This document shows, in pieces, positions 18,291 through 30,700 of a stretch of DNA of 64,000 nucleotides. Numbering within the stretch: position 1 is the stretch's first letter; every line of letters begins with the position of its first letter. This stretch comes from a virus (Duplodnaviria; Caudoviricetes). The stretch covers positions 1,607 to 65,606 of the IMG/VR virus record IMGVR_UViG_3300042691_005081, one strand, 5' to 3'. Below the pieces are notes generated by a model. The model searched no databases. It saw nothing but the letters and a program-made list of their open reading frames with translations, and was not told the origin of the DNA. The position numbers and the translations under genes are program-made.

Positions 18291-21200
18291 ATGGCAGATA
18301 ATCAAGAACAATCTCAAGGTAATATAAAAACCGATTATAATGTTGCACAAACTGGTCTTAATATGGACCAAACCCTTAATCAAGTTAAGAAAGGGCAACT
18401 TACCTATGCATTAAACGCTTCTGTTGAAAACTTTGATGCTAGTTCTGTTAATTATCAAAATGAACCTGGAAATGAATTTTGTTTAACATTTCCAGATGAG
18501 TATGTTCTAATAGGAGATTATTTTATACAAGAAAAAAATAAACATATATTCTTTATTACAAATCCAAATACAGGAGACAGTGAAATAGGATATATGGATA
18601 ATAATGATTGTCAGTATAAAACATTAGTTAATGCTAAATGTTTAAATTTTAATATTAACTATCCTATACACAAAACAGCACATAAGATTACAAATTGTAC
18701 AACAGAAATATATTGGACAGATGGATATAATTCTAGAAGATATTTAGATATTGAAAATATTCCTTATTTATTAAAACCTAATGCAGATTTGTGTAATCCA
18801 GAATATACAAATCAACTAGACTGTAATCAATTAAAATTACAACCTAATTTTAGTATTCCTTTATTAAATGTTTCTGATATAACAACAGGAGGAGATTTAA
18901 CAGCAGGAACTTATCAGTTTGCTATCCAATATTCAGACCCTGCTGGTAATCCATATACATCTTACTACTCTGTAACAAATCCTACACCTATAGCTGATAT
19001 ATCATTAGCTACAGTTAATTTTAATTATCAAGTAGGTAAATCTATTATAATTGATGTAAACAATTTAGATGTTACAGGACAGTTTCAATATTTTAATTTA
19101 GCTGTAATTAAAACTATTAATAATATTACTTCTGTTGAATTAGTAGGAACATACTTTATTGAAGAAGCTAATAACAAAATAACATATACAGGACAGATAG
19201 TAGATAATATACGTCTTTCTATAAATGATATATTTGAAAAATTTCCACATTATGAACTAGCAGATGATTTAACAGCTGTACAAGATGTTTTAGTTTGGAA
19301 AGGACTTACATCTATAGACAGAGTTAATTATCAGTCTATAGCTTCTCAAATTAGCTTACAGTGGGTAACATATAAAATTCCTGCTTCAGAAAACTATGCA
19401 GATGAATTAAACGCTACAAATCTTAGAGGATATTTAAGAGATGAAGTATATGCATTTGAGTTTGTTCCAATATTAGCTAGTGGTAAACAAATGGATGGTT
19501 TTCATATTCCAGGAAGAATAGCAAATTCTTCAGATTTATTTCCTGTTTATAAGAATACAAATGATGATTTTATAGGGGATGAATTACAAGCTCCTACGTG
19601 GCAAATATATAATACAGCTTCTGTAATAGGAGATGCTTTAGGAGAAAACATAGGAAATGCCACCCCTTATCAATATGGAGAGTTTGCTTATTGGGAATCA
19701 ACAGAGGAATACCCTTGTAATACAAATGTATGGGGAGAGTTAGCAGGGCAAAAAATAAGACATCATAAATTTCCAGATGTATTAGTTAGTCCTATAAATG
19801 AAACAGCTATATTCTCTACATTAAATACAGCAACAATGGGTAATACAGCTGTATTTCCTATAGGAGTAAAAATAGATACACAACAAGTTATTTCTTTAAT
19901 ACAAAGTTCATCTCTTACAGCAGAACAAAAAGCAGACATTGTAGGGTATAAAATAGTAAGAGGAGATAGATCTACAAATAAATCTATTGTAGGAAAAGGA
20001 ATTCTTCGTAATGTAAATGAATATAAAAGAGAAGAACAAACTTTTTATTTTCCTAATTACCCTTATAATGATTTAAATGAAGATGCTTTTTTAAATTCAA
20101 ATAATAATGCTTGGGCACAAATATGTGAAACATGGCTTTTATACATTAGATTTTTAAATGATGATCCTAATGGTGGAGCTCCTTTTGTTGAAATAGATTA
20201 TGTAGACTGTAATACAAATAAATCAAGTAGACAAAAGTTTTACACATTAGGAGAAATAGAATTTTGTGCTATAGGAAAACCTATTTTTATAGGAGAAACA
20301 ACAAGAGTAAATACAGGATTTCCTTTTCCTACAATTATAAGAAATGAAATTGGATATGCTAATTATGATGGATGGTTAATTGCATCAACAGGTGTTTGTA
20401 GAGGATGGAGAGCAGAGTATAATGATGCAATAAATGGAATTACTACTCAATGGTTAGGAGGGTTTGGTGGTTCTACTAGATCCTTTGAAATACAAGTTGT
20501 AGTAGGGAGTGCTCCTACATGTATAGAATATTGTGATAGATGTGGTATTACTATTGAACGTAGACCAGGAAAAGATAGAAGATCTACTATCAAATGTAAT
20601 GAATCAACTTCTCTTCCTGGTTTAAATACTAATCTAGCAAAAAGACAAGTATTTAATTCTCCAGAAACTTCTTTTGGACAACCTTTTTTAGGAAATGTTC
20701 TTAAACTAGAAAATGTAATATTTGGAAAAGGACAAGCTCACTTTGTACAAGTAAAAGACAATGCTAAATATAGATTATTAACTAAAGAAGCTCAAAGAGA
20801 TGCTTTAGATAGTTCTAGTAGACTAGGAAACATAAGTTCTCCTTTTAGTGCTGCTGCAATGTTTGCTACATATCAAGCATATTTAACTATTTATTTAAAT
20901 GGAATAACAAGAAAAAATTATGCTTATAGTTATAATTCTATAGCTGATTATAATTATAATGTTAGTGTTCCTAATAATGGATTTAAACAAAGAATGCTGG
21001 ATATTAAAAAATATTTAATTCCTGCAGTTCAGAATGTTGGAGATACACATAATATTAATAATTTTCAAAGAGAAAGTTCTGTATTTTTAAAAACAAAAGA
21101 ACTTTTATCAGCATTACCCTTTCCTAGTGCTAGTGCTAATATGGCTTCTATAGGAATTACAGATAAATCTAGATTTACTATAGGTGAAAGTAATGCTTGT

Positions 21201-24035
21201 GCAACACCAGCTAAAGAACAAGATATTAGTGTAGTTTCTTATTATGCTTCATTAAAGAATATATTTGTAAATCAATGGGGACAAATGTATTCTTATAAAA
21301 CAATTGATACAGGGTTTCAAGTAGATTTAAATAGCTCTTCTCAACCAACAACAATATTTGGAGGAGATACATTTATCTCTAGATTTACATTTAAAACTAA
21401 ACTTCCATTCTTTATAGATAATAGAGTAAATGCTCCAGATGATAGTGATGTATTTTATGATGAGATTGGTAATATTGCCTATCCAAAATTCTGGCATTCT
21501 GCTAGAAGTATTTTAGAAGATTATTCTGGAAATGGTTCTGGTGTTATAACTAATATTGTTTCATATAAAGCACATAATTTTGATTGTCCTAATAGTCAAT
21601 TACCTGCACCACCAGCTAGTAATCCTAATAGAACATTTTATGATGGATATTTTTATTTGTTTGCATATGGAATTCCTAATTTTTATTGTGAATCAAGTTA
21701 TAACACAGATTTAAGACAAGCGTTTAATAATAGAGAAGGAGATTTTTGGCCACATGTTTCTACAGGTATTCCTGATGATTGGGTACAAGAAAGTTTTGTT
21801 TCTATAGCAAATGATAATACATATAACTATAATGTAACATATTCTAAACAAAATAAAGAAAACTTCTTTTCACATCTTCCTCCAGATTGGGAAGATAAAT
21901 TATGTTTTACAAATTATCCATTTAGAGCAATATACTCTGATTTACAAAATATAGACTCTGACAACAGAGTAAATAATTGGTTAATATATAGAGCAACATC
22001 ATATTTTGATTTTCCACAAAACTATGGAAATTTTATATCTATTGATGGTATTCAAAACAAAGCAGTATTAGCAAGATTTGAAAACAAATCATTAATGTAT
22101 AATAATCTATTAACATTAGATACAAGTAATCCACAAGCTGCTTATTTAGGAAATCCTAGTTTATTTAAAGGTGCTCCTCCAATTGATTTTGCTGAAACAG
22201 ATTTAGGATATGTTGGTAGTCAAAATAAATTTTTATTAAAAATACCACAAGGACAAATTACAATAGATGCAAAAAGAGGTCAGATATTTTTAATTGAAGG
22301 AACACAAGCTGTAGATTTAACAGCATTTGGTTCTGGTGTAAATAGATTTATGACAGATCACTTAGCTTTTGAAATATTAAGGTATTTTCCAGAAATAAAT
22401 ACAGATAATCATTTTAATGGTATAGGAATACATGGTGTATATGATAGTAAGTTTGATAGAGTTATAATAACTAAATTAGATTATATTCCGCAGTCTAATG
22501 ATGTTAAATACAATAAAGAAGATAATGAATTCTATGTAGAGACAATTATAAATAATACTCCTATTAAAACACAAGTGTATTTAACAGATACAGATTTTTT
22601 CTGTAATAAATCTTGGACAATATCATTTAATTTTAATACAAAATCATGGACATCATTTCATAGTTATATTCCTAATTGGTATATAGGAGAAAATAATTTC
22701 TTTTATTCTGGAATAAATGGATGTTGTACATCTTTTGATGGAAGTATTGAACTATTAACTGGTGTAGTAAATCGTCTTATAACAACAACAACTACATCTA
22801 CAATACCAATTACTACTACTACCACATCAAGTACAATATCACCAAAATGTTTATTAGAAGGAACAGCAGTGGCTACATCTTGTGAATTAGTAGGAACAGG
22901 AATAATTACAGTTCCTTCTCCAACTACAACAACTACTACTACACCTTGTTCTAGACCTCCTGGCTTAAGTACATTTGGATTCTTTACTGGTTATCAAGTA
23001 GATGGGGAGTCTCCAGTTGATTCAACAGGAAATCTCACTGATGTTTGTAATGCAATTGCATTTACAGGATCTGCTTTTGTAACAATGTTTGGTTTTGAGG
23101 TTATGACTTCTAGTCTTTCTATTAATAGTGTAGTTTATAATGGATTAGGAATTAGTTGTACATTAGCTCCTGATGGATGGTATTTTACAGATGAAAGTCA
23201 ATCAGATGGAATTGCTTATCATGTAGTTGGAGGAGTAATTGTAGAAATTGCTAGTTGTGATTGTAGCACCACCACTACCACCACTAATATCTCTCCTAAT
23301 ATAGAAGAATGCTGTGGTATATTACTTAATACAAATGACACTGTTTATTATACAACATTAGAGAATACTATTTTGAATACATTAAATGTCCCAGGATTTA
23401 CTTCTATATATGGAATAGCTATGACAGCTAATTATTTATGGAGTGTAACAACATCATTTTTACAATGGGATATTACAACAACCCCATTCACTGCTACATA
23501 TAATACAGCAATTCCTTTTCCTGGAACATTTACAACATCTTCAGGAATAGTTGCAATTAGTGATAGTGTAATTATAGCTGTTGATGATTCTGTTACCCCT
23601 CCAAATATTGTAGAATTAGAAATTGATAATCCTATTGGACCAACATCAATGACTCTTTCTATACAATTTGCTCTACAAACAGATAGAGTGGCTATTACTA
23701 ATATGTTGTATACAACAGAAGGAAAATTAATTGTAGTAAATCAAGATACTACATCTAGTGATTATTATATAACACAATATAATTATTCTACAGGAAGTAT
23801 AGAATTAGACTTAAATATAGAATCAATAGTTCCAACATCAATTTTCCAATGTGATTGTATAATATACATCACTACAAGTTTAGGAATTATGTATTCTATA
23901 GAAAGAACAGCTCCTTATTCTTTAGTAGAGGTAGAAACAATAACAAATTTATTACTTTCTGCAACACAAATAGCAACATGTGTAACAACAGGATTACTTG
24001 AAATTACAACTACCACTACTACTACAACAGTATAA
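18291..24035 (+). CDS. Tail stabilization/muzzle protein (P22 gp10-like) with Thr/Cys-rich C-terminal extension
   Basis: IYWTDG, YLRDEVYAF, IRHHKFP, FGGDTFI and SWTSFHSY motifs of crAss muzzle proteins; four Thr tracts in the C-terminal ~420 aa. Confidence 0.75.
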   Translation: MADNQEQSQGNIKTDYNVAQTGLNMDQTLNQVKKGQLTYALNASVENFDASSVNYQNEPGNEFCLTFPDEYVLIGDYFIQEKNKHIFFITNPNTGDSEIGYMDNNDCQYKTLVNAKCLNFNINYPIHKTAHKITNCTTEIYWTDGYNSRRYLDIENIPYLLKPNADLCNPEYTNQLDCNQLKLQPNFSIPLLNVSDITTGGDLTAGTYQFAIQYSDPAGNPYTSYYSVTNPTPIADISLATVNFNYQVGKSIIIDVNNLDVTGQFQYFNLAVIKTINNITSVELVGTYFIEEANNKITYTGQIVDNIRLSINDIFEKFPHYELADDLTAVQDVLVWKGLTSIDRVNYQSIASQISLQWVTYKIPASENYADELNATNLRGYLRDEVYAFEFVPILASGKQMDGFHIPGRIANSSDLFPVYKNTNDDFIGDELQAPTWQIYNTASVIGDALGENIGNATPYQYGEFAYWESTEEYPCNTNVWGELAGQKIRHHKFPDVLVSPINETAIFSTLNTATMGNTAVFPIGVKIDTQQVISLIQSSSLTAEQKADIVGYKIVRGDRSTNKSIVGKGILRNVNEYKREEQTFYFPNYPYNDLNEDAFLNSNNNAWAQICETWLLYIRFLNDDPNGGAPFVEIDYVDCNTNKSSRQKFYTLGEIEFCAIGKPIFIGETTRVNTGFPFPTIIRNEIGYANYDGWLIASTGVCRGWRAEYNDAINGITTQWLGGFGGSTRSFEIQVVVGSAPTCIEYCDRCGITIERRPGKDRRSTIKCNESTSLPGLNTNLAKRQVFNSPETSFGQPFLGNVLKLENVIFGKGQAHFVQVKDNAKYRLLTKEAQRDALDSSSRLGNISSPFSAAAMFATYQAYLTIYLNGITRKNYAYSYNSIADYNYNVSVPNNGFKQRMLDIKKYLIPAVQNVGDTHNINNFQRESSVFLKTKELLSALPFPSASANMASIGITDKSRFTIGESNACATPAKEQDISVVSYYASLKNIFVNQWGQMYSYKTIDTGFQVDLNSSSQPTTIFGGDTFISRFTFKTKLPFFIDNRVNAPDDSDVFYDEIGNIAYPKFWHSARSILEDYSGNGSGVITNIVSYKAHNFDCPNSQLPAPPASNPNRTFYDGYFYLFAYGIPNFYCESSYNTDLRQAFNNREGDFWPHVSTGIPDDWVQESFVSIANDNTYNYNVTYSKQNKENFFSHLPPDWEDKLCFTNYPFRAIYSDLQNIDSDNRVNNWLIYRATSYFDFPQNYGNFISIDGIQNKAVLARFENKSLMYNNLLTLDTSNPQAAYLGNPSLFKGAPPIDFAETDLGYVGSQNKFLLKIPQGQITIDAKRGQIFLIEGTQAVDLTAFGSGVNRFMTDHLAFEILRYFPEINTDNHFNGIGIHGVYDSKFDRVIITKLDYIPQSNDVKYNKEDNEFYVETIINNTPIKTQVYLTDTDFFCNKSWTISFNFNTKSWTSFHSYIPNWYIGENNFFYSGINGCCTSFDGSIELLTGVVNRLITTTTTSTIPITTTTTSSTISPKCLLEGTAVATSCELVGTGIITVPSPTTTTTTTPCSRPPGLSTFGFFTGYQVDGESPVDSTGNLTDVCNAIAFTGSAFVTMFGFEVMTSSLSINSVVYNGLGISCTLAPDGWYFTDESQSDGIAYHVVGGVIVEIASCDCSTTTTTTNISPNIEECCGILLNTNDTVYYTTLENTILNTLNVPGFTSIYGIAMTANYLWSVTTSFLQWDITTTPFTATYNTAIPFPGTFTTSSGIVAISDSVIIAVDDSVTPPNIVELEIDNPIGPTSMTLSIQFALQTDRVAITNMLYTTEGKLIVVNQDTTSSDYYITQYNYSTGSIELDLNIESIVPTSIFQCDCIIYITTSLGIMYSIERTAPYSLVEVETITNLLLSATQIATCVTTGLLEITTTTTTTTV

Positions 24036-24039
24036 TATT

Positions 24040-24906
24040 ATGTCAAAAGTAATTATCATAAAGTTAACAAAAGCTAGTCCTACATCAGGACCATTTGACA
24101 TCTTTACTAATAAAAGAGATGTTATTGCAAATGATGTTCCTAGAAGAGACCTTATTATTGGTAGAAATTTTACTGTTGATAGCAATGTAACAAGTATAAT
24201 ATTAGAATCTAAAGGAACTTGTAAAACATCAAAAGTATTTCAATTAAATAATATTAACACTGTTCAACTAGCAGAATCTACATACAAACAATCTATAACA
24301 GGATGTTTATGGAGACACCTTACTAATATACAATTATATAATTCTTACTATGGAATTACACATGACTATATAATTGATTATCCCTTTGCTTATCAATTCC
24401 AAGATGAAATATTACAAAATGTAAAAGATTATACAAAAGCATTTGAATACCTTCCTATATTAGATGGGGTATTTAATGATAATACAAGAATAGAAGTTGA
24501 TAATAAATGGTTTACACATGCTGTATTATATAATGGACAACAATCATCTGGTTTATTAAAACTTGTTCCTAAACCAAAAAACAATTTACAAGCATATAAT
24601 CAATACCCAATATTTAATATAGATAGTAAAACAATAACATATACTAAGAGTGATAACTTTTATCAATACAATACATTCTGGGCTCTAAACAAAAGTCCAT
24701 ACATTCCATTATTCTATACACCATGTACATCACTTTCTATTGATAAAGAAATAAATCAAGACAATATGGATTACAGCCAACGTTCTTTTAAGAAAGCTCC
24801 ATTAAGAGCTAAAGATTTACGTATAAGACATATCCTTAAAGATAATTGCACCACGCATCTAGTAAGCCAATTCACTACTATAAACTCTCAAATCTCATAC
24901 AAATAA
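24040..24906 (+). CDS. Probable C-terminal part of the muzzle/stabilization protein, fused to an SGPF-type beta domain
   Basis: ATG at 24040 preferred over the tracked TTG at 23998; LWRH...YNSYYG and PLRAK segments. Confidence 0.6.
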   Translation: MSKVIIIKLTKASPTSGPFDIFTNKRDVIANDVPRRDLIIGRNFTVDSNVTSIILESKGTCKTSKVFQLNNINTVQLAESTYKQSITGCLWRHLTNIQLYNSYYGITHDYIIDYPFAYQFQDEILQNVKDYTKAFEYLPILDGVFNDNTRIEVDNKWFTHAVLYNGQQSSGLLKLVPKPKNNLQAYNQYPIFNIDSKTITYTKSDNFYQYNTFWALNKSPYIPLFYTPCTSLSIDKEINQDNMDYSQRSFKKAPLRAKDLRIRHILKDNCTTHLVSQFTTINSQISYK

Positions 24907-24907
24907 T

Positions 24908-27772
24908 ATGAAAGGAAAAGTAACATGCACATGTGGATGGAGCTGGAACAAATCTGATTCCAGTAAGAAAGATATGTATATATGTCATGAGTGTGGTAGA
25001 GATAATTCTAACAACATGAAGAATGGTGGTTGGTTAGACAATTATGGTGAAGAAGAAAATACAAATGATTCCTCTGTATCATTACCAGAAGGATTTGTAG
25101 GAGAAGGATATAATACAAAAGGAAGAGATTATTCTCCTGCATGGGGAGGACAATTTCAAGAAGGAGGAGAAATTCCTAATGCTCAAACAGGGAAAAAAGT
25201 TAAATATGTAGAATCAAAAAATGATCCTAGATATAAAGCTTATCAAGATAGTTTATCAGATTATAAATGGTCATCTGAGATTTTAAATAAAGTATTAAAA
25301 GATAAAAAATCTCCAAATAAAAAACCTATTGATGTAACTAAAGTTGTAGATAAAACACCAAAACAAGTTTTATCAGAAAGAATATCAAGATATAATAAAT
25401 TAGGAATTTCTCCATCTATTATAAAACAAGATATGATAGAAACAGACCCTATAAACAAAGGTACTAATAAAAGAAATAGAGCTGTTTCTTATAAACAATT
25501 TCCTTATATTGGTCAAGATAAATCTTTAGGAAGTTATGATTTAGCACAATATAAAAAACCACAACAACCAGTAATAGTAAAAAAACAAGAAAAAAGAAAA
25601 CCTATACAAGCAATAGAAAACAACTTACAACCAATAGGAATACAAAATGATTTTAATATAGAAGTAGATGTTCCACAAATAAGACAACAATTTACTGCTC
25701 CAGAATATTATGATGTAGAAGATATTGTAAATAATGGAAAAAGTCAAACTAACTATCAATGGTATCCTGCAAACGGTGAAGCTTTAAGAGAATTATCTGA
25801 AGAGTCAGGAGATAGAAGAACAATGGTTCCTCGTTATCAGACAGGAGGTTCTCTTCCTGGATCTGTAGGATTTACATACGCACGTACGAAAGGTATTCCA
25901 TCAGAAGGACCATATTCAAAGAAAACAATGCCTAGTGCACAGAATGGTCAAGAGATGAGATACTACCAAAATGGACTTGATTGGAAACCAAAAACAATTA
26001 GTAGAGATGGTGCATGGTTAGATGGATATGAGAAAGCCCAGACTGGATACACCACAGGAGATAAAGTTGAATATGGAACTCCTGAATACACAGAAGCATA
26101 CAATAGAGGTGAAGTAGTTACAGATAAAGGTGTAAGATCTCCTATTGCTCTTGATGAAGTTGTAATACAAAACAACTACAAAAGACCTAGAGGTGTATGG
26201 GAACAATATGCAGATAAAATTGCAGAAGAAAATAAAGACGCTGGGTTGCTTGGTGCAATAATTGGTACACCTATTTCTGCTATAACAAGTCTTCCACAAT
26301 TAATGGGAATGAAAGCTTTAACAGGAGAAATGCAAAGACCTTCTGAAGCAATGGATATACAAAATCCTTATGGAGCTTTTGCTGTAGATGCTTTAGCAGA
26401 TCCTGCAAATTTAATTGGAGTAGGTGAACTAACAGCATTAGGAAGAGCAGCTAAAGCAGAATCTTTAGCAACATTAGGAAAAGGAGTAAATGTTGCAGGG
26501 CAAATATCTAAACAAGGTTTAAGAGAAGGTGTAGATTTAATTCATCCTGTAGGAAGAACATTAGCACAAATAGAAAAAGAAGGTATAGCAAATGGATTAT
26601 CTCCACAAGAAATAAAAAAATTACAACTAGAAAAAGTAGGCATAACTTCTGCACAAAGAGAAGCATATTTTCCTGGTGTTTCTGAAATAGTTACAGAATA
26701 CATCACACCATATAGTTATGATAATCCAGGAGCAAGAATTAAAGATATACCAAGAAGAATTATAAAAGGAGAAAAAAATTCTAAAAACTTAGTTGATGTT
26801 GATAATGATTTTGTATTTGATTTTGAAGCTAAAAATTTAGTGTCAAAACCAAGATATGATGCTTTTAGAATGTATTCAGGTATGCCACAAAAAAATAATA
26901 CTTTTAGAATAGCAGAAACAGTTCCTATAGATCATCCTAGTTATTCTGCTGAGCAATTAAATAACTTAGAAAAGTTTTCATTAAATCAAGAAAAAGATTT
27001 ACTCAGTACTTTACCTAGTGAGTTTGATTTAGCTTATTTAAAATATGGAGAACCACAAGATTTAGTTGAATCATTACCTAGGTTAAAAACTGAATTACAA
27101 AAAATTCAAGATATAAAAAACAAAGGAATAGATATAGGAAATGATTTTAGGCAAACTAATGTAATGGGAGGTTACAATAGAAGATATTTTGATAATAAAA
27201 TGGAATACAATGATATTTGGGACTTAGATTTAAAGGGAACTAAAGTAGAAAAATATTTTGGAAAACCATTTTTATCGCATGGACAATTAGATTATTCTTT
27301 TTTACCTGCAGAAAAAGAGCTTACTAAGTTAATAGAAAAAGCAGAATATTATAGTAAAAATATTAATAAAATTAAAAAACCAGAAACAGAATATCTTGAT
27401 ACTAAAGATTTTATTAATCATATAAATCAATTAAAAATACAAGATATAACAATAAATAAAAAACAAAAAGATGGAGGAATCATTAAAGATGATAGAGGAC
27501 AATGGGATCATCCAGGAGAGATAACAGAAATAGGAAGTAATGATATAACTATGGAAGGAGTTTCATATCCTGTTCTTGGAATATCAGACACTGGAGACAC
27601 AAAGATAATGAAGCCAGGAGGTAAATATAAATTCAAAGGAAAGAAGGTGACAGAGTTTCCTATGGCTAAAAATGGATTAAGACAAGAACAAAAAGGACTA
27701 CAAAACCTAGAGGATTTAACAAATTTTACAAACTACAACAAACCATCAGATTGGTTGAACAAATATAATTAA
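24908..27772 (+). CDS. Putative internal virion (cargo) protein
   Basis: Low-complexity segments punctuated by KNGG/QEGG/QTGG/KDGG motifs; N-terminal CxC/CxxC; C-terminal GQWDHPG...ITMEGV domain. Confidence 0.6.
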   Translation: MKGKVTCTCGWSWNKSDSSKKDMYICHECGRDNSNNMKNGGWLDNYGEEENTNDSSVSLPEGFVGEGYNTKGRDYSPAWGGQFQEGGEIPNAQTGKKVKYVESKNDPRYKAYQDSLSDYKWSSEILNKVLKDKKSPNKKPIDVTKVVDKTPKQVLSERISRYNKLGISPSIIKQDMIETDPINKGTNKRNRAVSYKQFPYIGQDKSLGSYDLAQYKKPQQPVIVKKQEKRKPIQAIENNLQPIGIQNDFNIEVDVPQIRQQFTAPEYYDVEDIVNNGKSQTNYQWYPANGEALRELSEESGDRRTMVPRYQTGGSLPGSVGFTYARTKGIPSEGPYSKKTMPSAQNGQEMRYYQNGLDWKPKTISRDGAWLDGYEKAQTGYTTGDKVEYGTPEYTEAYNRGEVVTDKGVRSPIALDEVVIQNNYKRPRGVWEQYADKIAEENKDAGLLGAIIGTPISAITSLPQLMGMKALTGEMQRPSEAMDIQNPYGAFAVDALADPANLIGVGELTALGRAAKAESLATLGKGVNVAGQISKQGLREGVDLIHPVGRTLAQIEKEGIANGLSPQEIKKLQLEKVGITSAQREAYFPGVSEIVTEYITPYSYDNPGARIKDIPRRIIKGEKNSKNLVDVDNDFVFDFEAKNLVSKPRYDAFRMYSGMPQKNNTFRIAETVPIDHPSYSAEQLNNLEKFSLNQEKDLLSTLPSEFDLAYLKYGEPQDLVESLPRLKTELQKIQDIKNKGIDIGNDFRQTNVMGGYNRRYFDNKMEYNDIWDLDLKGTKVEKYFGKPFLSHGQLDYSFLPAEKELTKLIEKAEYYSKNINKIKKPETEYLDTKDFINHINQLKIQDITINKKQKDGGIIKDDRGQWDHPGEITEIGSNDITMEGVSYPVLGISDTGDTKIMKPGGKYKFKGKKVTEFPMAKNGLRQEQKGLQNLEDLTNFTNYNKPSDWLNKYN

Positions 27773-27774
27773 TC

Positions 27775-30700
27775 ATGAGAAATCAAATTTTAAAAATAGC
27801 TGGTGTTAAAGATGATAAAAGTTTCTATGCTCTCTACCCTACAGAAGAAGCATTTATGAAAAAGCATGGTAAAGCTTTTAAAAAAGCACAATTTGGTTTT
27901 AATGCTCCTGGTATTCCACAAGAAGGGTATTATATGCCACAACAACAGACAATGTTACAAGGACCAATGAATCAGTCTAATAATTATTATCAAAATAATA
28001 ATCCATTCTTTACTACAAATCCTGGGGCAACATCATTAAATAATCCAGCAGTAGCTGCTCCAGAAACTGTAGGAGGAGGTATGTCAGAAGCTATGCCTTA
28101 CATACAAGCTGGTACAGATGTATTGCAAGGACTATCTATGATTAAAGGTCAAAAGAATAAAGTGAAACAAGCTAAACAAAATGCTATGGTTACTGATGTA
28201 CAAGCCAAAGCAGCTGAAAGTAGAGATGTAGATACACGTAGACAACAACAAGATTATTTTGGAAGAAAAAGAAATGCTTTAATGCGTCCTATTAATGGAG
28301 AAGAATTGTTTCCTGTTAATGGTGTAGGTACAAATGTTCTTGCAAAGAATGGAACAGAAATACAAAATACATATGCTCCTAATACATTATATGATGATTT
28401 AGGATATGAACCACTAGAAGATCAAGTTAAACAATACCAATATGGTGGAAGTATGTTTCCTTTTAATATGAATAGTAACCAAGGTAATATGTTTCAATAT
28501 GGAGATATGGCTACACAATTAAGTAATAGATTTATTAATCAAGGAGGACAACAAGATGCTGGTTCTATGATTGGTGGTGGTGTTGGTGCAGGAATAGGTA
28601 CAGCTATAGGTGGTCCAATAGGCGGAGCTATTGGTAAATTTGCAGGAAGTACAATAGGGGGGCTTATAGATACAGCAGATAAAAAAATTAAAAAATACAA
28701 TGCACAAACAGATAAAAACATAGGAAGAATAACAGGACAAGCATTTTCTCAAAACTTACAAGAACAAAATCAATCTTATATGGAAGATGGAGGATGGGTG
28801 AGTAATGATTGGCAACCACAAGTTATAGCTAAGTTTGGAGAACTTGATGCTCAAGATTATTACAATTTTGCACACAAAGATGAATTTAGAGCTGGAGGAC
28901 ATTTAAAATCATATACTGCCCCAAGTGAAAGAGCTATGGAAACATATGCTATGGGTGGTGAACTTAAAACTCATTGGGGAGGAGAAGCAGAAACCCTATC
29001 TTATAATCCTTATCTTCCAGGCCAAGGAGAAACAATTATGTTTAGAGGACAGTCACATGATGAAAGTGATGGACAAGGTAATACAGGTATAGGTATTACA
29101 TATGGTGACAATCCTGTTGAAGTAGAAAGAGGAGAACCAGCGGTTAAACTTAAAGATGGTGGAGAAGAAAATTTAACAGTGTATGGTAATTTAATGATTC
29201 CTTTTGGAGACGGTAAAGGTAAAAAGTTTAAAAATTATATAGCTGAAATTTCTAAAGGAGAAGCAAAACAAAATAAACTTATAGAAAAAACAACAAAAGA
29301 ATTAGATGGATTTACACCTCTAACATCATTTGATAAACTTAAAATGACATCATTAGAAGCTAACATGAAAGGAGCTAATATGAAATTAAAATCTATTGCA
29401 GAAAAGAAACAAAATGCTGCTTATTTACAAAATGCTATTAATGATACAGCAAAAGAACACGGACTAGTTGCAGATGATTTAGCTAAAGGTAAAATTAAAC
29501 AAGACAAACACGCTATGAAAGAATATGCTGAATATGGAACAACATTTCCTACAGCTGAATCTGGTATAACTACTGATGATGGTAAAAAAATTACTAAAGC
29601 TGAAAAAGAAAGATTATTAAAATCTGGTGAGTATAAAATAGATCCATCTAATCCTAAAAGAATTTATAAAGTAAAATCTAAAGCTGCTACAAGTGAACAA
29701 AAGAAATCTGCAAGTGCTATGGATAATATTCCTAAGCAGTCTAAAGATACTAAAACAGGATTGTATGGTGGAGTAACTCCAGAACAATTTGAAGAATACA
29801 AAAAGAAAAATGCTTGGTTTCCTGATTGGGATACTTTTGATCCAAATGATCCTGAAGATGTAAACAATTATGCAAAGGCATATAATATTGAGGCTGAAAA
29901 AAGAGGGTCTAAAGCACGTATACTTCCAGACAAACAAACTCCTGGTAAAACAACTCTTGTAGGTAAACAAGTTACAAGTGCTTTTCTTGATGATGTTAAA
30001 AAAGAAACTCCAGCATCTATTGAATCAGATTATTTAGAAGTAGAAGATGAGGCAGTTCCTACAGAACCAATTCCATATAAAAGAAACATGTTAATGGATA
30101 TATACAATCAAGCATTTCCATATATAAGAAGAATGCCTGATGAACAATTAGACCCTAGACAATTAATGGGAGAAATGTATGGCCTTTCTAATAATCAATT
30201 AGAACCTGTTCAAGCACAATTTTATAATCCACAACTTGATGTTCCTTTTGATATTTCTTTACAAGATCAAAGAAATGAAGTGACAGCTCAATCAAGAGCT
30301 GCACAAAGGATGGTTGGATATAATCCTGCAGCTCAAGCAATGATAGCTAGTCAAGCATATGAACCTTTAAATAAAATTACAGGAGAAGAGTTTAGACTTA
30401 ATCAAGCTATGAAAGATAAAGTTTATTCTGGAAACAGAGCTACATTAAATGATGCTCAATTAAAAAACCTAGCTATAGCTGATCAACAATACACAAGACA
30501 AGCTTTAGCTAAATCAAATACAAAAGCAATAGCACAAGCAGCTCTTCAATCCATAGGAGATAAATATGTACAAAATGCTTTAGAGAATAGAAAAGAAAGA
30601 ATTCAATCTAATCTCTATCCTCAATTTTCATTTGATAGTGAAGGAAGAGCTATTAACACAGGACAATTTTCACAATTTAATATTCCTACAGTAGGAAGTA

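Noticed and set aside
23998-24039. TTG start or programmed frameshift joining the 18291 and 24040 ORFs
   Set aside because: A well-placed ATG lies 4 nt after the upstream stop and no slippery sequence is evident; independent initiation is simpler
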